From the NCBI RefSeq assembly GCF_000315625.1, contig NW_005434557.1:1-34499 (forward strand): a DNA stretch of 34,499 nt, read 5' to 3'. Position 1 is the stretch's first letter. Each line of letters begins with the position of its first letter. Of this stretch, positions 20,650 through 30,600 are shown piece by piece. The position numbers were made by a program, and so were the translations under genes. This DNA comes from Guillardia theta CCMP2712 (Eukaryota; Protista; Cryptophyta). The notes below the pieces were generated by a model. The model was not told the DNA's origin and did no database searches. It worked only from the letters and a program-made list of their open reading frames with translations.

Positions 20650-20743
20650 ATCCCGGGTCAGCCCGAGGCAAAAAAGACGCCGGTACTACCGTGCTGATGC
20701 CCATCTCGGATAACGGTGTTTTGGTTGAGACTTGTGGCTGGAA

Positions 20744-20843
20744 NNNNNNNNNNNNNNNNNNNNNNNNNNNNNNNNNNNNNNNNNNNNNNNNNNNNNNNNN
20801 NNNNNNNNNNNNNNNNNNNNNNNNNNNNNNNNNNNNNNNNNNN
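20744..20843. other. Assembly gap (100 N)
   Basis: Run of N. Confidence 1.
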
Positions 20844-20961
20844 ACTGTTTTTCTTTGTAGTATATTGCATCGAGTGGCGATGAACCCTCGCAAAAGATAT
20901 AGTATATGAAAATTATTTACAAAACATCTCCAGATTTTTTCCTTCAAGTCACTTGACCTCA

Positions 20962-22400
20962 ATGCACCGGTTGATGCGACTGTTGGGGGCAAGGAGAGGA
21001 GGAGGAGGAGGAGGAGGAGGAGGAGGCAGGATGAAGGTTGCATCTTGGAATGCAAGAAGGCTGGATGCCAACGCAGCTAGGAGAGCGCTTCCTGCTCGCT
21101 CATTCTCTTCCCTTCCTCCCTGGGGGCATGGATGGAAGAAGCATGTATGGAGTTGGACTGCTGAGCCTCAGAGCAGAGTGAAGAGCATGAGCAGGTGGGG
21201 GGGGATTGGGATAGGAATCTTAGCAGGAGGGCTGTACCTTGTCCAACGAACGGCCAAATGTGAGGACGGAGAGGAAGTGGTGAGAAGAGGCGGAGGAGGT
21301 CAACACCGACTGATTGAAGATACTGACAGTTCCTGATCGACATGGAGGAGAGGCCGGTGGTGGAAGACGACAGGCCAAAGAGAGATCCGTCGAAAATCAT
21401 CAACATCGAGCAAGAGCTGCTCCGAGGAAGGAAAATCTTCTTGGTGGGCCCTATCGACGATCGCTCAGCCAAGGTGAATTGGTGGCAAGCGGGAGTGAAG
21501 GGTTGACATCCCTGCTTCAGGAGATTTGCATGAAGCTGATGTTCCTCGACATGGAGAGCTCAGGCACTCCGATCTTTCTCTTCATCAACAGCCCAGGAGG
21601 AAAGGTAACCTACCATATTTCTGCTCGGTTCAACAACTCCCTCATTCGTTCTTTTCTCCCGAACAGGTGAACGCGGGTCTCGCTATCGTAGACACGATGA
21701 ACGCGGTAGGCCATTGTGCTGCGGCATGACCTGAGTTTGACATGCTGACAAGCTGTCCTCTCCCGTCCACACCATCTGCTGCGGTCGAGCATTTTCCATA
21801 GCGGGTAGGCTATCCTTGCTAGTTCACTCCTATGAACGTTCTGCATGCGCAGCCATTATTCTAGCCGCCGGCTCTCATGGCAACCGCATCTGTCTTCCGT
21901 ATGCCAAGGTGAAGATCTATACTTGATGTCCGTCGGTGTCCTTGCCGTTGGTTGACGCCTCATAGGTCATGCTGCACCAGCCCTCCGTCGAATACCCCAA
22001 AGTGAGCAAGAGGAGAAGGCAAGGAGCCGGAGTGACTTGGAGATCATTCAGATGGTAGCGACCGACATCATGATACGAGCTCACGAGACTCTCCGAACTA
22101 AAGTGCCTCCGCAATGAGAAGTTGCTTCCTACCTCTCTGATGCAGTTTCTCAGGAAATCATGAACAGCCTGCTGGCAAAACTGACCAAGCAGTCTGAGGT
22201 CAAGGCCTCTGGGCAGCAGGCGGGGTTACTGATGCTAAATGGTAGAAGAAGATATCGGAGATCTGTGAAAGAGACCATTACCTCACGGCGACGGAGGCTG
22301 TAAGGTGAGGGCCAACCCTCGCCTCTTCTACTGATCTGACAGACCTGCTTTAAGCCTGGGAGTCGTGGACAAAGTTTATGACAAGTTTTCGAAGCTATGA
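20962..22400 (+). CDS. clpP: ATP-dependent Clp protease proteolytic subunit, probably mitochondrial, ~11 exons
   Basis: Spliced: LLRGRKIFLVGPIDD...LMFLD...IFLFINSPGGK VNAGLAIVDTMNA LSSPVHTICCGRAFSIAAIILAAG...R...P-x-AK VMLHQP...ATDI...ERDHYLTATEAVSLGVVDKV. The Ser (AFSI), His (LHQP) and Asp (ERD) triad is present. Confidence 0.92.
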
Positions 22401-22732
22401 CTCTTGCAGCTGGGTCTTTGCTGAGAAACGGTGGACTCTCTTGATTTTTTCTCTGTCTGCTCTGAGTCTATCCATAACGTTAACAAGTGACAGTCTCTCC
22501 GCAACCACTCTTCACCCAGTGCCTGTAAGCAGCAAACATGATGATGTGCGCTGCCAGTCATTGCACTCGATTGTCAGACTTTTACTGCCCAACGCAAACA
22601 GGATCTGATGAATTGATGATACAAACTCAAGCTCAGAGCTCGATGATCTCTGTGGCCATGCCTGCCTGCCTTGCCCTTGCCCTCACGGGTCTTGTCTTAT
22701 CTTCGCCTCGTCTCTCGTGAGGCCCAGCCGTT

Positions 22733-24193
22733 CTATAGGACGTAGCACACGAGCGAGGGATTCTTCACAAGACTACGACAGAAGACCGTCGACGCCCTGT
22801 CCATGTAGCCTTTCGCCCACACCCGTGCATAATCCATTGAAGTCCCGGCATCGCTTGCGGCCTGGGGCCATGCCGAGTCATCGAACGACCTCTGATTCCA
22901 TTCAGCAGGCGGAGCGTCGCTGGGGAACTTCTGACACTTCCAGCCCGAGGAGCTGGTGGGCTCACCCCCGAAGATCCCGACCAGGCCCCCCGAACCTGCG
23001 ACATTGATCGCCTTGACCGCCACTAGAGCTCCAGCAGAAGAAGCGACGGGGACGGAGAGCTCATGCACTACCTGCGAATCGCTGCCCGAGGTCACGTAGA
23101 CCCCGTCCACGTAGAGGTCAAAAGCGTCCTCCACCCGCATCGCGATTTCCATCCTGCAGCTGGACAAGCTGACCTGGAGCTGCTGGTCAGAGGCTGAAGG
23201 AGACGGCTCGTTGAAGCTGCCTCTCGGGCTGCTGGACCCGCAGGGTTTGCTGGGGACGAACAGCTGGAGGTTGGAGTTCTCACCCCAAGGTATCCAGGTC
23301 GTCTCCATCTCATTGTACACCCAGCAGAAGGAGGGGTCTGCGGGGTCTAGAGCACACGGGTGGTTTTGTATGCACACCCAGACTTCGTACAGCCCGTGGA
23401 TGGCGAGCATGCCCAACCCTCCGGTCTTGAAGGCGACTCGGCCCATGCTTGCGTTGTACAAGAGCGCCTCCCAAGTGTGGTAAGGGTTGCTGCAATACCT
23501 GTACCTCACTGCACTCTGAGCAAGCATCTCCGTGAAGCCTTCCACCGCGTACGTCTTGTGCTGACAGGAGGGAGCAAAGTACCAGAATGGAGCCAAGGTT
23601 GCCTTGTACGAGACGTTTGAGCCCCCGGCCATCCCAGAGGAGTTGAAGCTTTCCATAAATGCAACCGAAATCCGCGATGGAGCGCAGAGAGCAGGAAGAG
23701 AAGAAGATGACGTCGACGGCGACGACGATGCTGAAGATGTAGGAGGAGTAGGTGCAGGGGCAGGGGCAGGGGCAGGAGAAGGAGGAGAAGGAGAAGGAGG
23801 AGAAGGAGAAGGAGGAGAAGGAGAAGGAGAAGGAGAAGGAGGAGCAGGAGAAGGAGGAGAAGGAGAAGGAGGAGGAGAAGGAGAAGGAGCAGGAGAAGGA
23901 GAAGGAGGAGAAGGAGTCGTAGTTGAAGGAGGAGTGGTGGAAGATCCAGGAGCAGCCTGAAATGCAGCAGGGGTCGTCGTGAAAGCTTTGAAAGGTGCTG
24001 TGGTCTTAGCTGCTGCAGGGGTTGTAGTCGTCATGCCAGGAGACGCAGGTGTGGTTGTTGCGGGAGTAGCCCGAGAAGTGGTGGGGGGAGGAGCAGGAGT
24101 CGAGGAGGGGGCCGTCTGAGCATGAACATGTTGGCATGGTACCAACAACAAGCTCAACAAGCAGCTGAGGATCAGCAGCGAGTAGCGCTGCAT
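22733..24193 (-). CDS. Secreted Thr/Ser/Pro-rich (HRGP-like) protein with C-terminal CBM67-like lectin domain
   Basis: ATG 24193 gives signal peptide MQRYSLLILSCLLSLLLVPCQHVHA. Then a TTP and (SP/SPP)n stalk, a Cys/Trp middle domain, and EDAFDLYVDG...VAVKAIN..G.GGLVG...SSGWK...PPAEWNQRSFDDSAWPQA, typical of rhamnosidase-N/CBM67-type beta-sandwich lectins. Confidence 0.8.
   Translation of the reverse strand: MQRYSLLILSCLLSLLLVPCQHVHAQTAPSSTPAPPPTTSRATPATTTPASPGMTTTTPAAAKTTAPFKAFTTTPAAFQAAPGSSTTPPSTTTPSPPSPSPAPSPSPPPSPSPPSPAPPSPSPSPSPPSPSPPSPSPPSPAPAPAPAPTPPTSSASSSPSTSSSSLPALCAPSRISVAFMESFNSSGMAGGSNVSYKATLAPFWYFAPSCQHKTYAVEGFTEMLAQSAVRYRYCSNPYHTWEALLYNASMGRVAFKTGGLGMLAIHGLYEVWVCIQNHPCALDPADPSFCWVYNEMETTWIPWGENSNLQLFVPSKPCGSSSPRGSFNEPSPSASDQQLQVSLSSCRMEIAMRVEDAFDLYVDGVYVTSGSDSQVVHELSVPVASSAGALVAVKAINVAGSGGLVGIFGGEPTSSSGWKCQKFPSDAPPAEWNQRSFDDSAWPQAASDAGTSMDYARVWAKGYMDRASTVFCRSLVKNPSLVCYVL
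23750..23915. repeat. Coding (GGAGAA/GGAGGAGAA)n repeat encoding a Ser-Pro rod
   Basis: Translates on minus to PPSPSPAPSPSPPPSPSPPSPAPPSPSPSP...APAPAPAP. Confidence 0.9.
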
Positions 24194-24976
24194 GCCACGT
24201 ATATTTACCGTAGTACTGGCCCGGCCGCCTGCACCCCAGCTTATCCCTGCAACCGTATTTCGGAGTAACGGCCAGCAACGGACTTCGCCAGCTGGGAGGC
24301 TCCAATATCTCAATGGTGTGGCACCAGGTGACTCGCCGGGCCCCGGTGAGCCAGTGTGACGGCGGGGCCGGGCCGGGCCACCCGGGAGTCCGGGCCGACT
24401 GGCATGGCGGTGTCAAAGTGTAGGACGAGTTACTCAGAATTTCGTTAACCGGATAAAGTATTGAAATACACAAAGCTAATTTCAAATTTGAAGTTCACAA
24501 TATTCGGAATTGTGGGTCACAGTGGGGATGTGGATGAACCCTTTTAGCTCTTGAAGTTTCCTCTGTGATGGAGAAACAGGCGGGGGGGGGGGGAGGATGA
24601 AAAGATGCAAGAGAACAAGAGACGGAGAAGAGAGAGAAGAGAGAGAAGAGAGAACAGAGATGAATGCGAAGTGAGGAGAAGTGAAGGTGATTCATGATAA
24701 GAACAGGAGAGCGTCAGTACAAGATTGAGATTGGGGGAAAATGGAGATGATAACACGATAGCATATGAGGAGAACACTGCAAGAGAATTGAATATTTCCC
24801 TAACAGGAATTTAGAGAAGGGAAAGATGTAGATTCTGTTGTAGTTCCTCGTTGTTTGTAGAGAGAAGACAACAAGGCACAGGTTGAGAAATATGATGGAA
24901 GATCACTAGGGTGATGGATCAATTCTCTCCGATGATCACCCTTTTGTTGATGTCCTGACGGTGTGTTTCATCAGGA

Positions 24977-26582
24977 ATGCCTCAGAAAAAGAAGTCCGGA
25001 AAGAAGAAGTGAGTCGATCTTGATTGAGATGAGAATACCCCTTGACCATCGACTTCAGGCCTGTAAAGGAATCTAGTTCCGAAACAAACGCAGAAGTAGA
25101 GCCCTGCCTTTGATCTTGATTGTGCCTTGACGGCTGATTTTATCAGGTCAATGCCTCTGTAGAGGAACAAGATACGTCGGTCGAGGAGGTCAGGATGCTG
25201 TTTATTTATCACGGCTGAACACACTGCAGGCGTCAAAGAGCAAGGAGCTTGAGAACGGTTATCTCCATTTGGGATTGTTGACGCGATGTTGCTCTGACCC
25301 TAGTGCGATCAGAGGTTGATGGCGAGGAAGAAAACGAGATCTCTCGGGATTCAAATAGCTCCACTGTTGACACGAATGTTGGTTCTTTGTCTCGACCGGA
25401 TGGGATGATCGTTCTTAACCTTTGATGTCCATAGGATGAAAACTCTACTCCTAGACCGGTCGAGCCTGAAGCCAAGCCTACGCCGGATCCGAACCCTGTT
25501 GCGAAAACCTCTCCAGAAAGTCCACAGAAGTCAGGGGTGAATCCTCCCGTGAGTCCCGCGATAGCCTTGTGTCTGCCCGCGACGTGTCGTTGAATACCAC
25601 ATCACTCTCAACATTGCGAGGTTCGCCAGTTTTACTCTGTTGCAGGTGTCACCTAGTGGAAACAAGGCCATGAAGGTTTGGGACGATGTTCCTGTCATCT
25701 CAACGGACAAGGTCAATGCTTTGATGCTCTCCGCGTCGGCACACAGTAGGCTTCATCTCCTTTGCGTCATTCAGATGACATCTCGATAAGAATGGGAGAT
25801 CGTCGTGACTCTGCATGAGCCGGGAAAGCCTGTGACTGCTACTTTGACGTCAAGAGTCGCCCCGAAGCAGGTGGAATGGATTACTTGACTATTAAAAGGC
25901 ACCCGAATGACCCTCCTAACTTGACAGGCGAAGCTTGTCATGACGGAACTTCGAACCCGCATGAGGCCCCCATACAATGTGAACGTGCGCACGAAGCGAA
26001 ATTCAGTCTGAGAGAAGTGATCGCAGGGAGATGAAGCACCGACGTTGTCGGCTGTACTTGTGGCAGGCATGAGAGAACTTGCAGGTGACATGTACAGGCT
26101 GACTTATACTCCTTCCTGAAAGTTGGTGGGTCCCAGCTCTTGAAGTAGACGATCTACAAGATTCCAACGTCAACCCATCCATCAAGGCACGAGAGATCGT
26201 TGTGGAGGTAGAGCTGCTTGTCGGCTGGGTTCCAGCATCCTCACAATGTGCAGGTCATGTGCCAGACGGACTTCAAGACGCAAGTTGCGTTCCGTATGAA
26301 GGATCTTGTGACGGCTGTGCAAGCAACGGCCCTCACTTCTGCTCTCCGACGCCTCAGTAACCTCCAGAAGAGTGCTGTCTCTACTCACGATCCAGTCTCC
26401 TCCACCTTGGCCTCGGCGTTGATCGCTGGTCTGCTTACATGGGATCGAGATCTCTAGATTTAGACACTTTACATCACTGAAAAATCTGTCAAGTAGGCGC
26501 GTTCTTGGATCTTGATTTGAATGTAGCTGCCGGGCACACGTCATGTTTTGCCTCCTACACAGGGGCTTGTGCTCACTCTTGA
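24977..26582 (+). CDS. Hypothetical protein with ~12 small exons (3' end 26457 or 26582)
   Basis: In-phase GT-AG chain: MPQKKKSGKKK|PVKESSSETNAE|VNASVEEQDTSVEE|ASKSKELEN|VRSEVDGEEE...|DENSTPRP...|VSPSGNKAMKVWDD...|WEIVVTLHEPGKP...|AKLVMTELR...|GDEAPTLSAVLVAGMRELA|ALEVDD...|VMCQTDFKTQVAFRMKDLV.... Confidence 0.75.
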
Positions 26583-27187
26583 AGAGCCTGCCAGAATTCA
26601 TCGAATGTCATCATCTTCTCAAGATCCCAGCTCCTGCCAGTTTGTAACGAGACCTTGCGGCTGAGAGTATGATAAGACCTTGTGTCCTGAACCATCTGCG
26701 CGAACTCAGAGCCGTCATCGATGTCATGCAGTTCGCCAGTCTGTGCTGCAGTGACTTATAGGGCATCATATATCTTGGAAGGCACCTGGCGAAGTTTCCC
26801 TTCATCGTGTATCCTGAGTGGCAAAACTCTTGAGAAGAAACTAGGAGAGCGCTGATAACCATGCTTACATGTCAAAATGCTTCTTGAAGATCCTCTTCGA
26901 GTCCTTGTAGGCTTATCAGATGGTCCGTCCCGAGGATACTACATGCTCTCACCTTGACAGGAACAAGAACCCCCGTCCCAAAAGCCTGTTTCCACAGTCT
27001 TTCACAGGATAGTAAGTGGGGTTCAACAAGATGTTTGCACAAGGAATTACTCAATATCTTCTTTGACATCCACAGATGGTTGGGTGTAGTGATGTTTTCC
27101 TTGATGTCCCTCTTTGATTGCACATTGACAGGGGTGCAAGACTGCAAGAAGTAGAGGGAGGAAGAACCAGTTCTTTAAACTTCTCAT
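26573..27187 (-). CDS. Small secreted protein (~122 aa) with a degenerate EF-hand-like C-terminus
   Basis: Six exons splice to MRSLKNWFFLPLLLAVLHPCQCA-IKEGHQGKHHY...KRIFKKHFDMIHDEGKLRQTGELHDIDDGSEFAQMVQDTRSWDLEKMMTFDEFWQALQE*. Confidence 0.8.
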
Positions 27188-27361
27188 CTCCTCGGCAGAT
27201 CCTCAATGATACCTATCTGCAAGCCCTCTAACGAGAAAGGCGTTGATCAGAAAAATGATTCAAAACCCTTCCCATTGGATCCTGTTTCACTAACCCCAAT
27301 CTTTCTCGGCTTCTCTTCTCCTTGAGCCCTATCTCTCCCTTATCTCCTTCTCCCGCTGTCT

Positions 27362-27392
<31 letters not shown>

Positions 27393-27638
27393 ACGTCTCC
27401 TCCTCCCGCCTCCCGCTCTGCTCTTCTGCTTATCCGCCTTCTCACCATGTTCTCAGTTCCGATCCTGTCTGACCTCAACCACAAAAAATTGTATCACCCA
27501 CCCACATACCTTATTTGCATCTCCACAGTACCCGGTACTTTCAATTTACAATATAGGGGTACTGATATACAAAAATATCACCCCCACCCGTCCTTTGATG
27601 TCACCCCACCCCCTTCAGTTCCAGCGGGTCGCGTCACA

Positions 27639-30600
27639 ATGGCGAGTCCAGGGCGAGGGACGAGGCGGCATCCGGAGGAGCGACATGTGGCCTCCTACAT
27701 CAGCATCGGCCCCGGAACACCCAAGGTGAGGAGGAGGAGAAGGAGGAAGAGAAGGAGTTGAGCTCGGGGGGAGGGAGGAGGGAGGAGGGAGGGGAGGGAG
27801 GAAGATAGAAGGAGAGCGGAAGCGAGCAGGGAGCAAAGGTTGTCAGATCGTGATGGTTGTTGTAGCAATCACCCAAGAGAGACGCGAGGAGTGCAGGAAC
27901 GACGGATGGTGAGACCAGCACGGAACATCAGCACGCGGAAGGTCAATGCTCCACTTCAATGGCTGTTTGCGATAACTGGTGCTGCAGACACGCTGTCTTC
28001 TCCTTCAAGCTCAGTGGCAACTCCAACAGAGGCAGGAGAGAGACAACGACCAAAGAGTCAGAGCGCGAGGAGAAAGCTCCTGCTCGACGAGAGCGAAGAG
28101 ACCCCGGCGAGAGCGAACGTGGGCATGCTGAAGAGACCGTTCCTTGGACTAGATATTAGCCCCCCACAGCTCCTCCTCCCTCGAGTGGATGACCTCACAA
28201 TCAAACGAGCAGAGGTGAAACTTGACCCTGTGCTGTTCCCACCCTCCCTCTGACGCTCTCCGGTTCCATGGCAGTTCTGTGACAAGTCAAGTGGGGAGCT
28301 GCTGGCGACTTTGTGCCGAGCCCTGCAGGACGTGCATACTTTTACGCTGTTCGAACAGAGCTCCAAGGCGTGTTCGGAAGTTCTCTCCCTCCTACAGGAC
28401 TACCTCCTCAAGTTCCAGATGCTGCAAGATCGCATTGTCCGAGGGGTTCAGTCCGGCGGGATAGCATGGGACGTGGAGTTCTCTCGGGGGGCGGTATGGG
28501 GGAAGGGAGCGGCGGGGGAGCCTGAGAGCTCGTTTCAAGTCGCCATGAAGCAGAGGAGGCAGAGGGAGCAGGCAGTGAGGTCAGCAGGAGAGGAGCAGGA
28601 CGGGTGCGATGGGAGCCTGTCGGATGTGTCTCAGTCTGTGAGGGTCGAGCGGCAGGAGGAGCAGAGCGCCTGCTCGTCGACCAGGAGCAGCCTTGACGAC
28701 TCGTCTGGGCTGGAGCACAAGTTTCAGTTCCCAGCATCGAGCGACTCTTTGGAGGGATACGGGAGCAGCCAGAGATCGCTCCACGACAAGTTCCTCTCCC
28801 CCGACCGTCACCGGAAATGTCCGGATGAGATGCAGAAGCGGCAGGAAGAGAAGCAGCTGCTGGCGCTCAAGAAACGCGCCGCTCTCGAAGCGCAGAAGCA
28901 GGAGAAGTTACGAGACGCTGAGATGCACCGACAAGAGCGTCTACGGCAGGCGAGTTGTGCTGTGGGGGAGGAAGAGGAGGGCGAGGACGGGGACGTGTGG
29001 CGGGGGGGGGGGGCAGAGGAATGATCCAGCTAGGGGAGAGTAGGAGGAGGAGGTCGGGGGTGACTCTGTCGGAGAAAGAGAGGAGCAGGAAATTGAATGA
29101 TTGGCAGGTGAAAGAGAAGCGGCAGAACACGCAGTACATCATTCATGAGCGGCTTCAGCGAGCTGAGAAGCTCCACCAAGCTCAGATCCTCGAACGACAG
29201 AGGAAGGCGAGGCAAGAGCACAGCAAGGTGCATGGAGTGAAGGTGAAAGGAAGGAGCTAGGGGGGGCGTGTGGTGGTAATCGACAGGAGCAGGAGGAGAT
29301 AGCTTTCATCGAGTTGCTGAATGCAGAGTCGAGGACTGCAGAATTGCAGAGCCGACTAGAGCTGGCAGAATCAAGGTGAAGTGAAGAGGGAGGATAAAAG
29401 ATATTGTTGTTATCGCTCTTTGACATTCTCTTTCTCATTTATTCCTGCCGTGGTTTTGTTCCTTGTTCCTGCTGCTCTTGCCCGTGCTGCCAGGATATTG
29501 TTTATGATGATGATGAGGAGGAGGTGGTGGTGGTGGTGGAGGTGGTGGTGGAGGAGGAGGAGAAGAAGAGTATCTTCAGCTGGGTTGACTGATGTTTTTA
29601 TCGCCATTCCATGGCTCTCTCCAACCACCTTCGGCTCCTTCGTCTCTGACATCTGAGCAGGAGGTTGCAATCGCTCGAGGCAGTTTCAAAGTCAACGGAG
29701 AAGGTGAGGGAGGATGGAGAAGTCCATCCTGACGTGCGGGGCGACAGGCAGCGAAAGAGGAGGCGGCGAAGAGGAGGAGGCTGCAGCTCGAAGAAGAGAA
29801 GCTACAGAGATTGGAGGCGCGTTATGCTCAAAAATTCGGATCGTCTACACCTTCGCACATGGCGAATGTGATGGAGAATGCGGAGGCTTCGCAGCTGAAC
29901 TCCTCAGAATGCGCTGCCCCTGCCCCCGTGTCCTCGTCCTCCTCCTCGTCCTTGTCTTCTATGCCGCTGTTTGCGGAAGGGGAGGGAGAATTGAGGACCA
30001 GCTACGGAGGTGCAGGAGAGTCGAGTGGGAGGCGATCGATCAGCAGAGACGAGGCGGCGAGGATGAGAAGGACGGAGCTCGAGAACGAGCGGCAGAGAAG
30101 GGTACGGACAGTTGGTGGTGATCCCTCCCAGCTAACGTCGAGCAGGTCGAGCAGGCGAGCCAGGAGAAGATCCAACGAGCGGAGGAGAGGCAGAAGAAGA
30201 TATTCGAGGAAAGGATGCTGGTGCTAGCGAACAAGGAGGTAGGAGAAAAAGAGCAAAAGCTTGAACCTCCCTCATCCTCTCCCCCAGGCCAAGATTCGAC
30301 ATCAGGCCGAGCAGCTCAACAGAATCACAGCAGAGATGCAAGCTGATGCAGAGAAGCAGAAGAAGGTGTGAAGAGAAGGGGAGGGAGAAGAAGGACGAGG
30401 GTCTGCTGTGCTGGTCAAGGGGAGGAGGAGAGGAGGGAATGGAAGTGGAAAGGCAATTGTATATGAAAGGAAGCAGGACGGACATGAAGATGTCCTAATC
30501 GTATCGAAAGGGAGAGGAGCAGGAAGGAGGAGGGGCAAGATGGAGGAGGGGCAGGAAGGTGGAGAGGTGGGAAGGAGGAGGGATAGGGGCAGGTGCGGGA

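Noticed and set aside
24194-24313. 40-aa N-terminal extension of the lectin ORF in the ORF track
   Set aside because: Starts at a non-ATG codon; ATG 24193 directly precedes a good signal peptide.
24982-27147. Chain of stop-interrupted minus-strand ORFs resembling a decayed transposon (LTR pol or KDZ)
   Set aside because: No RT, integrase or transposase motifs. The region is fully explained by two intron-rich convergent host genes with in-phase splice sites.
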